In this document: in pieces, positions 12,857 to 26,433 of the stretch
Numbering within the stretch: position 1 is the first letter of the stretch
How the letters are laid out: each line of letters starts with the position of its first letter
From: Glaucostegus cemiculus
Lineage: Eukaryota
Length of the DNA: 64,000 bases
Reading direction: 5' to 3'
Assembly: GCA_976551045.1 (NCBI GenBank)
Contig: CDPCPM010000033.1
Span: forward strand, 17,670,001-17,734,000
Made by a program: the position numbers and the translations under genes
Notes under the pieces: model-generated
Databases searched by the model: none
What the model was told of the DNA's origin: nothing
Seen by the model: the letters and a program-made list of their open reading frames with translations, nothing else

Positions 12857-14307
12857 TGTATTAGGGAATAAGGAAGATGCAGAAAAAAAAGTGTGCCTAA
12901 AAACCTCCAAGGAATTATGAAGAACTGAGATTTCAAATTAAGTGGCATATGTGGTAAGCAAATTGCTAGGATGTTTTTTACAGAAGCAATAATGGAGCAG
13001 TTAGAAAACAATAATAGGATTAGGCAATTCAACATAAGATTTACGAAAGGGCAATCATGCTTGACAAATCAGTTTTCTGAGATTATAACTAACAGAATAG
13101 AGTAAAATACTAGTGGATGTGGTGTATTTAGACTTCCCAAAGACTTTCAATAAGGACGCACTACTGGTGCTTTCTAAGCAAAATTAGAGCTTGTGGGATT
13201 GGGAATTATACACATGTGCAATTTATGGATTGGAGAATGGGGGGAAGAAAAAAAGTAGGATTAGATGGGCCACTTTGAGTTGGAGGCTGCAATGGATTGA
13301 TGCTAGGACAGCAATTGTTCTCAATCTACGTCAATGATTTGACTGAGGCGTCCAAGTATAACATACACAAGTTTATTGATGATACAAAGCTAGGTGACTG
13401 TGTGGGTTGTGAGGAAAATGTAGAGAGAGTACAGGAAATATAAACAGTGAGTAAAAGAGCAAGGATGTAGCAGATACAACATTATGTGGAAAAATACATG
13501 ATCCACTTTGGTAAAGAAATAGCAAAATAGAGTATTTTTAAGTGATAAGAGACTGATAAGTGTTAGTTTTCATAGGAATGTTTGTGTCCAGGTACAACAA
13601 ACAAATAGAAAGGCAAACAATACAGTGGTCCAAATTGCAAGAGGATTTGAGTACAAGAATAGAAATGTCTCACTGCGATTCTGTAGGGCCCTAGTGAGAT
13701 TGGACCTGGAATACTGTATTTATGCCTGGTCTCCCTACCCAAGGAATAGAGGGAGTGAACACAGGCTGGCCAGATTGATTCCAGGAATAGTGGAGGGGCT
13801 GGATGTCTCATATTAGAGAACAAAGGGACCAATACTCTCTAAAATTTAGAAGAATGAGATGTGATTTTATTAAAAATTCTTATGGGCTTAATAGGATAAA
13901 TTCAGGAGTAATGCCTTCCGTGGCTAGGGGGATCGCCAACCAATGCTTGCAGTCTCAAAATAAAGGTTTAGCCATTTAACACAAAAATGAGAAGTAATTT
14001 CTTCATTTGGAGGGTAGTGAACCTTTGGAATGCTGGAGGACCATTGAAGCCCTGTCACTGAGTATATTCAGGACAAAGACAGACAGACTTTTGAACATTA
14101 AAAGGACTCGAGACACAGTAACAGTGCAGGAAAGTGGTGCTGAGATAAAAGATCACCCGTGATCTTAATGAATAGCAGAGTTGGCACAAAGGGCTGAATG
14201 TCCTTCTCTGACCTCTATAAGAACATACGAAATTAGTGTGTAATTAGACTGTGTGTAATTAGACTGAAAGAAAATTATACTGAAAAAAAATGCATTCTAT
14301 CACTTAC

Positions 14308-14371
14308 CCTTCTTCTGCCTCTGCTGTCCACAGTCGGCACCAAGGTGCAGCTTGTCTTTCCGGTGTTCCAT
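14308..14371 (-). CDS. TANC1: TANC1 first coding exon (MEHRKDKLHLGADCGQQRQKK-G); the exon including 5'UTR spans 14308-14391
   Basis: Acceptor cattgtctag, strong Kozak context gtaaaATGG, donor G|gtaagt. The 64 coding nt end in phase 1, which fits the 8707-8886 exon. Length resembles the mammalian start exon, although the peptide is divergent. Confidence 0.75.
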
Positions 14372-17286
14372 TTTACACGCATCTGTTTTCTCTAGACAAT
14401 GAGAGGAAAATTACTTCAGGAAAAAAAGTGTGGTCAATTATCGGGTAGAATTTAAAACAAAACGAGTTGCTACAAAGGTAGTTCACAAGAATTTTGTGGT
14501 AATTCTTTAGGTTAAAACTGAATTAGTGCCACACAGTGACAAGTTATAGAATTATGAGATCTTTTAAAATAGAAAGCCTGTTAAAAAACAAGGATTACAC
14601 AAAGTAAATTTTAAAATGGTGATACAAAAAGACATATCACTATTAATTGAAGTTTTCCATACATCAGCAGAAATTTATAAATTATTTTAACTATTTCAAA
14701 ATGTTAGAGAAGGTCATGGCCAATATCAGTGGTTAAAGTAGGAGCTTTCTGTCTGGGGGTGATCTGCTCCTATTTCACTGTAAAGTTGAATGCTGCTTGA
14801 ACCTTGGCAGCAATTCAAAAGGATGAAAATAAAATTAAAACACACTTTAATTACATATTATGCACTATAGACCAGATTTTCTGATGAGGTGCATCACAGA
14901 ATTAGTGGCGAAAGTGCGCACCTTCTACAATCACCTTCCACTGACAGGCTCTCATGCTGTTATTGTGTCGGGAGCTCTAAGATTTAGGCCCAATGACAAT
15001 GACAGAGTAACATTATGTTGGCAAATCAGAATAGTTTGTGAATAGAGGTCAGGGGTTTGGGATCTGCTGTAGACATAGTACTGGCATACAACCAAAGTGT
15101 ACATTGAAGGTAGTGCACAACTGCCTTAGTGGTGTGCCATTGGTGCAGAGATTAAATATTTAGCCTTATGAATGTGGTGCGAATCAAATGGGCTGCTCGG
15201 ACTTTAATGGTGTTGAGCTTCTTGAGTCTTGTCTGAGGTACAATCATCCAGGCCAGTGGAAAGAATACTAAATCAGGACAAAGTGTCTTGAAATGGCAAA
15301 AGTCAAGGGTTTGAGAGGTGGTACGGACATAACTTTGGCGAGCAATTGCAAAGCATTCTGTAAATGGTACACACTGCTGCCTTAGTGCATGGGTTGTACA
15401 GGGTGTGAATATTTAGCTGGTGGTGCCAATCAAATGGGCTGTCCTGGATGTTCTCAAGCTTAAGTGTTAATGAATGCACAACCAGTCATGCATGTGGAAA
15501 TTGTGCCATCACACTCCTGTCTCATGTCTTGTAGTTGGTAGAAACATTTTAGGGAGTCCTATAGGGAGTTCAGCATAGAAGGTTAAACCCACTCTTATTA
15601 GAGATAGCTATTGCCTCACACTTGTATGGCATAAATGTTGCGTGCCATTTATCCACTCATACCTAATTGTTCTCTCCATCTTACTATATGCAGGTAAGGG
15701 CTGTTTCATTTTGTTTTGGAATTACAAATCAATTGAACAATGTGGAATCTATAGCGAACAACCCTCATCTTTGATAGAGCAGCTGAACATATTTGGGCCA
15801 ATGCTACTGCTCCAAGGAACTCAGCAGCTATGTCTAGAGCTCGGATGAACAACCTCCAATCACAATGATCCCTGTATGATTTAAGACTCTAGCCAGCTTT
15901 GTCACAGATTCTCATCAACTTCAGCTTTAACTGGGTTTCTTGATCCCAGAATCAGTCAAAAGTTTGTTTGATATTTTGGACAATTACCCTCACTTATAGA
16001 AATGTGTTCATAAAAACTCTACACAAGCAATTAAATATGTGCAAATATCAGAAATTCAGAACCAAAAAAAACAAGTAATTAAATCTGCAAATCACATAGA
16101 TGACTTTGCAAATTGGTGTAATCAAGCACTTATTTATTTGCCAATTAAAACAGTAGGAAAATTAAACAAATATTTAAAAAGTATGCAATAATTGAATCAC
16201 CATCTTTTAATTATTGGCAGCAATATAAGTGTAACTAATTAATTTACCACAGAAACAATTGTTCCATTAGTTTTTTTCATGATACTGAACATCTTCTGTT
16301 AATGGCAGTTTTGTACATAACAGACGAGTGGCAAGAGCAACATGTTTTTAAAACAGTAACCAGTGTCAGTAAAGATTTTTGGCAACTTTATCATTTTATT
16401 AATAAAATATGTTATAACAATAAGTTTAGCTATATGATGTTCCCCATGGATTTTCAAACCACTACAAAAACTGTTCTACAGTTTACATTTAATTAAAGTA
16501 AGTTATAATTTTTCTTTCCTTTAAGCATTTTAAAGGGACCCTGTCCTCGGCCAACTCTAGTCTACTCATCAAGCAACCTAACACAAATTGGGAATATAAA
16601 ATATCTGCCCTTTCATTTCAATTTCTTCTGTTCATGGGGGCATATATTCCCAACAAGGTAAAAGTACATATTTGTGCAACATTTCTTTCAATTTTGTATG
16701 TAGTATTTACTGTTCTCAATGCATTCACCTCCATGCTGGGGATACAAATTAAAACTCAATAATCACTCTGCAAGTATGCTAGTCATTTGCCATCTTAAAA
16801 CTTCATCCCACTCCCACTCTGACCTCTATACTCTTGGGGTCCTAAGTGTTCCACAGAAGCTCAAAGTAAGTTCAAAAACAGCAATTCATCATTTCATAAG
16901 ACACCTTATAGCACTCAGGATTCAAAAATTAACAATTTAGGATAAAGTTTTAACATGGCAAATGACTGGCAGACCAGCAGACTGATTATCTAGTTTTAAT
17001 TCATATCGCCAGAGTGGAGGTGTACAAACAAGTACCACCTACAAAATTGAAAGAAATTCCGTACAAGTATAATCATTGCTCATACTTTTTACTTAAAAGC
17101 ATTTCCAGTAATAGTTCTAACATTTGCCATTTACAACTTCTCTAGATCCTTTGTTCCTTCACATTTTCTTTTTGCACCATCATTTCTATATCATTTAATT
17201 ATTCTTTCCATCCACTCCATCATGGACCTATCCCTCAATAGTGGAACAGTACATCAACACTTCTTGCTGGAAACTCAAAACCAGCT

Positions 17287-17460
17287 ATAGAACATAGAAA
17301 AACTACAGCACAACTCAGGCCCTTCGGCCCACAAAGCTGTGCCAAACATGTCCCTACACTAAAAATTACTGGGCATTCCCACAGCCCTCTATTTTACTTA
17401 GCTCCATGTACCTATCTAACAGTCTCTTGAAAGATCCTATCGTATCCGCCTCCACCACAC
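17287..17460 (-). mobile_element. Short CR1 3' end
   Basis: ATAGAACATAGAAAAACTACAGCACAACTCAGGCCCTTCGGCCCACA is a CR1 terminal sequence in reverse. Confidence 0.8.
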
Positions 17461-19199
17461 TATGTTGGAAGGATCTGTTAAATTCCTACAGAATTTACCA
17501 CAGAACTTGGAAGGTATATTCGAAATTACATGTGCAAATAGTTATGTTTAGTTAATTATTTATTATGTAGGTTTGCATTCATCAAAAGTGAATGGTGTCT
17601 TTATGTAACATTTATTTTTTGTTTCTAGCGGTTCTAATAGCTTTAGTATATCCACATATGGGCTTGAACTTATTTGCACTCTTCCCTAAAAATCTGATGT
17701 CCTGTTCTTACTGAAGCAGCATCAGCTACATTAGTGGATTTTCTGTGTTATATTAGCAATTCTTAATGCCAAATGAAACAAAGTTATGCAGATTTTGATG
17801 AGGTCATTCCACTTAAGAGGATTGTCACTGATTGCAGAATCACAGAAATTTATAACACTGACATTGGTCTGTTATGTTTTTAAACAAGTCATGAAGATTT
17901 CCACCCACTTCTAATTCCTTATCTTGGACCAGCAGTCTTCTGAATTTTTCCTTTATCAGGTGCAGATATGGGGAGCTTAAACACTAGTATCAACCAATTG
18001 GGTTGAATAGTTCACTGCTGTGCTACAAATTTCATGTACTACTACATTCCATGTAACTACCTTTTTCCTTTCCTTTTTAAAAATGATTGCAGATTCTTAT
18101 TCCAACATATTTCTAAAGTACTGTACAACATGACCCTCTACAGAAAAAAAATCTTCATTCTACATTTCTTTGGTGATAGTTGTAAATTTCAGTCAGAGTT
18201 GTAAATATTAAAGTCTGGCCTCCTTTTTTAAAGATCTACAGTAGCTGATTTTAACAAAAATTCCAGTCTATCCCCAAAGCCTGAAACATTCATCACTTTA
18301 TTTTACTGCATCTCCTATGCATCTCTACAAGTCTTTGACATTCTTCCTGAATATTCCCAAAACTGAACCATTGTAGCTGCAGCCTTAGTAAAGCTTTAGC
18401 ATTAGTTCTGACTTTTCTTGATTCTGCAGCTATTTTTAAAATCTAGAATCTTGCCTATATTAATTTTTTTTTTAATTTGTCCTCTCACTTTAAAGATGGG
18501 CAGGATTTAATTTCCTTGGACTGAGATCACGTTAAAGTTGCACTGCCCAAGCTTTATAGAAAGTGCTCTGTTCAGTGGGTTATTAACCTGCTTGTTTAAC
18601 CAAGTAAAAAAAAATCCCATTACATACCAAAATCTTTCTTGCTCCCTTTTCCACCTTCACGACTTTTTTTCAAAACAGCTTTGAACATCGTAGAAACTTT
18701 CTGAACTCTTGTCTGTAATAATAAGGTAAGCATTAACTGTACAAGGCTGACAATTTTATGCACTCAGATTGTTAAATATTTTCTACAAATATCTTTAAAA
18801 ACCTTTAAAGGAATTTATAGAATGGGGGCATGGTCAGGAATGGCTAGAATAGCATCTATGATCTATGCATAACAATTTTGGAGAAAATGCAATTCAAGTG
18901 ACTTCTTGAACCACTAAGAAAAGGATTTCCATACTGCCATTAAATAGTATTTAGACCCTGTAATGATGACATGCTACCTTCTCAACAGTAGAAGTTCTAG
19001 AAGGTACTGTTCAAGAATCATTGTTGCACTGCATTTAATAGATGAGACAAACTTCAGTCAGAGTAGACCCATTTGTCAATGGGTAAGTGAGCGAGTGAAT
19101 GAATGTTTAAAGTTGTGGGTGGGGTGCCAATCAAATAGGCCAGTTTGTCTTGGATTACATAAAACTCACCCAGATAAACAGTGAAGATACTATCTCTCG

Positions 19200-19582
19200 G
19201 GAATAGCTTCTCTCATCTACAAGAGGTGATGTCTCAGGAAGGCGGCATCCATTAATAGGGACCCCCACCATCCAGGCCATGCCCTCTTCTCAATGCTGTC
19301 ATCAGGCAGGAGATATTGGTGCCTGAACACCTCAATGTTCAACAATAGCTTCTTCCCCACTGCCATCAGGTTCTTGAATAGACCTGAAAAACCCAAACAC
19401 TACCTCAAACTACATTTCTTTTTCTCTCACAACTTGCACTAATGTTATGTTATGTAAAATTTATGTTAATTTGTTAATGTAATGCTTGTCATGTCTATTA
19501 TATACTCTACTGCTGCTGCAAAAAGCTAATTTTCATGGTGTTTATACTCTGTGTACGTTTTCCCATGACAATAAACTTGAAC
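19200..19582 (+). mobile_element. Rex1/Babar-type LINE 3' end inside an older LINE relic
   Basis: Degenerate RKAASI..DPHHPGHALFS.LSSGR and NSFFPTAIR. It ends in GACAATAAACTTGAAC. Confidence 0.75.
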
Positions 19583-21057
19583 CAGTCCTGAATTGTTCTT
19601 GTAAATGATAGAAAGGCAATAGGGAATCAGCTGTTGCAGCAGGTCCAAGTCTATACTGCTCTTATAGTCACAATATTTATGCAGCTGGATAAGGCAAATT
19701 TCTGAAGCTAATGTTAGTGAACCAGGAGATAGGAAAGAATGTTTATTGTTGAAGGAAGTTTGTCAGACTCCCTGATTAGTGATGGCCACTGCCATGAATG
19801 CATGTAACACACATATCACTTGCCACTTTTCAGCAGTGCATGTTATTCAGATCCTGATATCACAATGTACAGACATCAGCAAACATTCCTGTTACCGACC
19901 ATGTGCCCATTGATGAAGCATTTGATGATGGTTGGGTCAAGGACACTACCCTGAAGAACTGCATAGATGCCCCGGTAATGGAGATGACTGATATCCAACA
20001 ACCACACCCATCAATCTTTGTGCTAGGTAGGACTGTAGTCAGTGGAGTATTTTCCCCAATACACCTAGTAATTTCAATTTTGTTAAGACCCTTGATGATG
20101 CAGTCAAATGCAGCTTTGACCTCAAAGACTGTTCCTCCTTCCTCACTTTTTAGATTCACTCTTTCATCCTTCTTTGGATCAAGACAGCATGGAGGTCTGA
20201 AGCAGACAAAACCCAAATTGAGTATCAATGGACAGAATATTGATAGCACCGTCAATGACCCTATCACTTTGCTGATAATCAGGAATACACTGATGATGTA
20301 TATTTAGCTGAATTGGATTTATCCTGTTTTTTGTGTACCCGATAATACCTGAGCAATTTTCCACATTGTCAGATAGATGCCAATGTTTTAGATGCACGAG
20401 AATATTTAACTTAAGGCATGGTTAATTTTGAAACATGTCTAAAGCACTACAGTTAAATGTCGTGTCCAGTGGTCCTGGCTCTTTGTTGACATTACAGATT
20501 CAGTTTAATGAAGGCTGGATTCAGTGATGAAGGGAATCCTAAGATGAGGGGGAAGTGGATCATCCAGTCTACAATTCTGGTGAAGGTTGTTGCAAACAGT
20601 CAAGCGTCCTCCTGTTGGCTGTTTAATTACTCATCACCAAGACAACATGGTAGACCTATAGATGTTTTGAAATAGCTCGGCTTTATCCCACACTGCCGCT
20701 GCTGGTGTCATCCAAGTAACCCCATGATGCAGCGTTATAAGAAAAGCACTTCATTACTTACACATTACTGGGGCTCCTGCTACTGGCATACCTTTCTGCA
20801 CTTCACTGAATTAGATTTGCTCTGCTGCTTTAGTGAAATAGTAAAGCAAGAGTTATGCTGACTGCAGATTATAGTGGAATAAAATTCTGCTGCCACTAAT
20901 GGTCCAATGTCTCAAATAATCAGCTGAATGTGTTCTAATCTGACAATTATGAAGCCAAAAAGACACATGAGCTTTATTGCAAGGGGTTTGGAACACAGAG
21001 TAAAGAACATATTACTACATTTGTAAAAGGCTTTGGCATGTGTAGTAGTGTGTAAAT

Positions 21058-21770
21058 ATAGAATAATACAGCACAGGATCAGGCCCTTTGGCCCACTATG
21101 TCTGTGCCGACCATGATGCCAATTTAAAAAAATCCATCTGCCTGCACATGGTCTATATCCCTCCATTCCCAGCCTGTTCATGCGCCTATTTAAATGCCTC
21201 TTAATTGTTGCTATCATATCTGCTTCCATTACTCCCCTCCCCCCCCACCGGCTGTGCATTCCAGGCACCTATTGCTCTCTGTAAAAACAAACTTGCCTTG
21301 CACATTTCCTTTACATTTTCTCCCACTCACCTTAAATCCATGTCTTCTGGTAGTTGACATTTCCAACTTGGGAAAAATTCTGACTATCTCCCCTATCTAT
21401 GCCCATCATAATTTTATAAACTTTTGTCAGGTCACCTGTCAGCCTCCAACGTGCCAGAGAAAACAATCCAAGTTTGTCCAATATCTCTTTATAATTAATA
21501 GTCTTTAATCCAGGCAACATTCTGATGAACCTCTTCTATAAACCCTCCAAAACCTCCATATCCTTCCTGCAATGCAGCAACCAAAACTGCACACCATACT
21601 TCAAATGCAGCCCAACCAAAGTTTTACACAGCTGCAACATGACTTGCCAACTTTTATTCTCAATGAAGGAAAGTATGGCGTATGCCTTCTTTACCACTAT
21701 CTACTCATGTGGCAACTTTCATGAAGCTACAGACTCATACCCCAAAATCCCTCCATACACCAATGTTGCC
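21058..21770 (-). mobile_element. CR1 LINE 3' fragment
   Basis: ORF 21332-21520 MLPGLK..LGLFSL..RLTGDL..VYKIM, with a CR1 3'UTR at ~21060. Confidence 0.85.
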
Positions 21771-22129
21771 AAGTCTTGCCATTGGGCCAAGCCAAGTTTG
21801 CATTGCTAGAAAACAGTCCACATCACTCACATGTGTCAAGAAATGCAAGTTAAAAAATATATATATATTTTGTGTTTATTGATTCACTTTTTTCTCCACA
21901 TAAATTCCTTGAGAATGAATTTTATTCTGTATCTCAAATTTTAGGGTATTGATTTGTGAACTCAGAGTTACCTTCAGAGTAACAACCATTCACCACTACC
22001 CTCTGTCTTCTATAGACAAGCCAATTTTGAATCCAATCAGAAAAATCACAACAGGGACCATTTTCTAGGAACTCCCCCCCCCCCCCCCCCCACCATAATG
22101 CAGGATCATCTTTAGTGGCTTAGCACCAA

Positions 22130-23072
22130 TAGAATCATAGAACACTACCGCACAGAAACAGGCCCTCAGCCCATCTAGTCAATGCTGGCTTGGTTTTCTG
22201 CCTAGCCCCACCTACCTGGACCCAGACCATAGCCCTCCATACATCTCATCCATGCACCTATCCAAACTTCTCATCCACCACTTCTGCTGACTTTGCCCCC
22301 GTCATCCACTACACCCCCAACAATAACGAGATAATATTAGCAAAAATATAAAACCATACCTTCTTATTGATATGCCTGTGAGTGAAGATTGCATCTTTCC
22401 TTAAACTCGCACTACCCTCTGAATGAAGTAGTTTCCCCTCAGATTCCCTTTAGATATTTCACCTTTCACCCTAAACCTATGATTCACCCAACCTGAGGGG
22501 AAAAAGCCTGCATACATTCCCCCTATCTATACCCCTCATAATTTTGTATACCTCTGTAAGATCTCCCCTCATTCTCTTGAGATCCAGGGAATAAAGTCCT
22601 AACCTAGTCAACCTTTCCCTATAACTCAAATCCTGAAGTCCTGGCAACATCTGTGTAAATTTTCTCTGCACTCTTTCAAACTTATTGATATCTTTCCTGT
22701 AGGTAGGTGACCACTTAAACTGCATATGGTACTCTAAGTTTGGCCTCACCAACATCATACCCCAACTCCTGTACTAAATGCTCAAATTTATGAAGGCCAA
22801 TGTGCTAAAAGCTTTCTTTACGACCCTATCTAACTGTGATGCCACTTTCAAGGAATTATGGATCTGTATTCCCAGGTCCCTTTGTTCTACTACACACCTC
22901 AGTGCCCTACCATTCAGAATGCAAGTCTTACCGTGGTTTGTTCTACCAAAGTGCATCACCTCACACTTGTCTGCATTAAATTTCATCTGCCGTTTTTCAG
23001 CCCATTTTCCCCAGCTGGTCCAGATCATTTTGAAAGCTTTGATAGCCTCCCCCATCATCCACTACACCCCCA
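22130..23072 (-). mobile_element. CR1 LINE 3' fragment carrying an internal templated insertion
   Basis: ORFs 22774-23058 (WAEKRQMKFNADKCEVMHFG) and 22477-22758 (LVRPNLEY..ERVQRKFT). Confidence 0.9.
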
Positions 23073-23164
23073 ACAATAACAGAGATAATATTAGCAAAAA
23101 TATAACACCGTGCCTTCTTATTGATACGCCTGTGAGTGAAGATTGTATCTTTCCTTAAACTGCA

Positions 23165-23790
23165 CGTTGTTCTATCCAATTCAACAGACCTACCAAATTA
23201 AGATTCCCTTAAAACACAATTCTACAACACCATCAAATTGTGACAGAATTCCACCTTTCAATCACCCTCTGGAGTTCTGGTAACATAATGTTGTGTCAAA
23301 CAAGGCTGCTTCACAGCACTGCATGCCACCAACAAATTTCCTATGGATATGAGCTAATCTTCGGAACACATGGGTAACTGTTCAATCTATGGCAATTGTA
23401 CTGTAGAATCATGGTCATCCAAAACTCAGAAGTCAACCTGCAATATGCAGAAGACGCTTGTCTTTGCGCGCAGAGGCTGAGCTCTAAGCCATTGTTCACC
23501 AAAGCCTACAAGAGGATGGAACTTACATTCGTCATCCATAACACAAAGGTCCCCTACAAACCTGGCCCTACTGCACCATATCATCTTCCAATGAGACCCC
23601 AGAAAACATGGACTTTTCTGTTATTTCAGGAGCCACCACTTAGCAAAGACAGGCATCAGTGATGAAATTCACTATCATTTCAATCATTTGAAGATCAAGA
23701 CCTCGGAATCGGCACAAAATTTATGTTCTACCAAGCAACAGTAATCTCTACCCTTCTATATGCTTCTGAGATCTGGACTACCTACAGCCT
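23165..23790 (+). mobile_element. RTE-like LINE RT relic
   Basis: LQYAED (YADD-like), TKV, and YQATVISTLLYASEIWT (typical RTE TLLYG.ETWT). Confidence 0.65.
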
Positions 23791-25048
23791 GCTTATATCC
23801 TGTTGTAATTTATCACTATCCTCTTCACTGTTTACAATATTATTAAGTATTGCAACATCAACACATTTAGAAATTGTGGCTTGTGACAACAAGTTTAGGC
23901 CATCAACATGGAAAAAATGGCAATGGCCCAGTGATCCCTGGGGAATGTCCTATTTACCCTCCTCCAATGCAAAAAACATCCATCACTATGACACTCTTGT
24001 TTGTTATTTAGCCACCTTTGTGTCCTTGCTATCAATGTTGCTTTTATGCCATGTTCTTCAACTATGCTGATAAGCTTGCTCCACAACACCTTATTAAAAA
24101 CCTCTGGAAGTTCACATAAACATGAACTGCATTATCCTTATCAACTCTATGCATTACCTTATCAAAATAATTCAATTATGGAAATTTTACTGAATGTCAC
24201 AACCTGATGTTTATCCTCAAATTGCAACATTCAATCTCTACACTAACCATCATCCATAATTTTGGACTCTTAACTCATATTTTCTGTCTTCCAAATACGT
24301 CTGCAGTCATTTGGCCGTAGTGGTCCTAATTTTGAATTCTTTTATCACCGCCGTCAAATTATTTGTACAGTACTTTTCCAGACATTTTTCTGAAAACCAA
24401 AATAAATCTAACTCAGTAGGTGATTTTTATGATTCTTCAAATAATTCAATAATGTCTGACAGCATAATTTGCCTCAGTTATGCAACATTATACACAATGA
24501 ATTTTACTGAAGGATTGGCTTAGACAGTTCCTTTCAAGGCCCAGAATGTCTCAAAATCCTTTACAGCCTGTTAAGGCATTTCTGATGTCTGGTTACTATC
24601 ACATTGAAAGATGCAAGATAGGTTAAGCTTCTGGTCAATGGTGACATCACCCCATGGTAGGGGTTGGGGGGGGGGGGGTTGGGTGTAATGGAGGGAAATT
24701 TTAAGGGAGGCAGTTGAATTCTGAATTTTTTCTTGTACAAAATGACTTCTGCCCAACACTTACTTCATGTGAATGTTAGCTTCTGCTCATCAGTTATAGC
24801 CTAATTCAATCTAGGTCTTCCTAGCATGGACTGTTTCATTATTTGAGGAAGTACAATTGAAACTGAACACTATACAAACCCCCACGGGTCTGACTTTATG
24901 CTGAAGACAACATTTTGATGATGCAACTAAAGACTGTAGGATGCAAGATGAATTCCTGTAAAATATGCCAGGGACAAGCAGACTGATCTTTTATGCTAAG
25001 TATCACAATTCTATTGAGGTGTTCTAGCCACCTACCTACAAATATAGC

Positions 25049-25300
25049 GGGGCAGCACGATAGCGTAGCGGTTAGCGCGACGCTGTTACAGCGCCAGCGA
25101 TCAAGGTTCGATTCCCGTCGCTGACTGTAAGGAGTTTGTACGTTCTCCCGTGTCTGCGTGGGTTTCCTCTGGGTGTTCTGGTTTCCTCCCACATTCTGAA
25201 AGACGTACGGATAGGTTAATTTGGGGGTTTAAAATGGGCGGCACGGACTCGTTGGGCTGAAAGGGCCTGTTACCACACTGTAAATAAAATTTTTTTTTAA
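25049..25300 (+). mobile_element. tRNA-derived V-SINE (HE1-like), tail type B, young
   Basis: A box TAGCGTAGCGG, B box GGTTCGATTCC, V-core, and tail GGACTCGTTGGGCTGAAAGGGCCTGTTACCACACTGTAAATAAAA. Confidence 0.92.
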
Positions 25301-25389
25301 TTTTAAAAACTAGGGCTCACCCAAATGCTGGTTGGATGCCAAAGACAGTGATTCATCCCTTTGTTCATGTTTGGAATTAGGGTGTCATC

Positions 25390-26090
25390 AAGTCATACAG
25401 TAATATAGCACAGATACAGGCCGTTCAGCCCAACTCATCCATGCTGACCAAGATGCCCATCTAAGCTAGTCCCATTTTCCTGCATTAGACTCATATCCAT
25501 CTAAACCTTTCCCATCTATGTACCTGCCCAAATATCCTTTAAAAGTTGTTATTGTTCCTGCCTCAACCACTTCCTCTAGAAGCTCATTCAATATACACAC
25601 TACCCTCTACATGAAGAAGCTGCCCCTCAGATCCCTTTTAAATCCTTCCCCTCTCAACCTAACCAATGACCTCTGGTTTCTGGTTCCCTTTCCCTGGGTA
25701 AAAGACCCAGTGCATTCACCCTATCTGTATCGCTCATGATTTTATACATCTCTATAAGGTCCCCCCTCAGTCTCCTACTTTCCAAGGAATAAAATCCTAA
25801 TCTGCCAATCCTCTCCCTGTTACTCAGGTCCTTGCGTCCTGGAAACATTCTCATAAATTTTCTTTACACTCTTTCCAGTTTACTGATGTCTTTCTTATAA
25901 CAGGGTAACCAAAAATGTACACGATACTCTGACTTATGGCCTTGCCAACATCTTTGTACATCTGCAACATGATGCCTCAGCTCCTTTACACAATGCCTGA
26001 CTGATGAAGGCTAAACATCTTCACTACCTTGTCTACCTGTAATGCCACTTTCTGGGAACCATGTGCTTGTACTCCGAGGTCCCTCTGTTC
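25390..26090 (-). mobile_element. CR1 LINE 3' fragment
   Basis: ORF 25654-25854 RMFPG...LGFYSLESRRLRGDLIEMYKIM. Confidence 0.85.
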
Positions 26091-26351
26091 TAGAGAGTAA
26101 TGAAGTTTGGAGCCAGAACCCAAACTGAGCATCAGTAAGCAGGTTATTGGTAACTAAGTGCCTTGAAGAGAATTGCTGATAATGTCTTCTTCTGGGTGGG
26201 AACATAATTACCAGCACATACTTGTTGGATTTGATGGCCTGCTTTTGAACTGCAAACACTGCATACCTGCAAGATGGCAAACATGATAATGCTAGTCAAG
26301 GAAAAGGGAAAAAGTTAAAAAAAATTCTTGTCCAAGTTCAATCTGCCTTAC

Positions 26352-26433
26352 CTGGCCCTGGCATTCAATACTGAGATAGTAAGTAACTCTGGAATCCATC
26401 CTCTTGCTCATTACTGAGAGGGGTTCTATCAAG
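26352..26433 (-). other. Candidate TANC1 5'UTR exon
   Basis: Non-repetitive 82 nt flanked by gtgtattctag| and CAG|gtaagg, lying between the CpG-island exon and the ATG exon. No transcript evidence. Confidence 0.35.

Larger units (their letters stand above)
11090..14230 (+). mobile_element. Old CR1 LINE, split by the Tc1 insertion at 11250-12856
   Basis: NLGPL..DMGS before the Tc1 continues as LGNKEDAE after it. It is followed by relics of KGQSCLTN, DVVYLDF.K.F.K, KFIDDTKL and ALVRLDLEYC, then a CR1 3'UTR ending ~14225. Confidence 0.8.

Noticed and set aside
19860-20397. Overlapping 130-aa ORFs on both strands
   Set aside because: They lie in an old minus-strand LINE RT relic (FEVKAAFD, SSMGS..DP, FADVCT) and are not host genes.
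25049-25125. tRNA-like A/B boxes (also at 6538, 36006 and 63207)
   Set aside because: These are SINE heads followed by the V-core, not tRNA genes.
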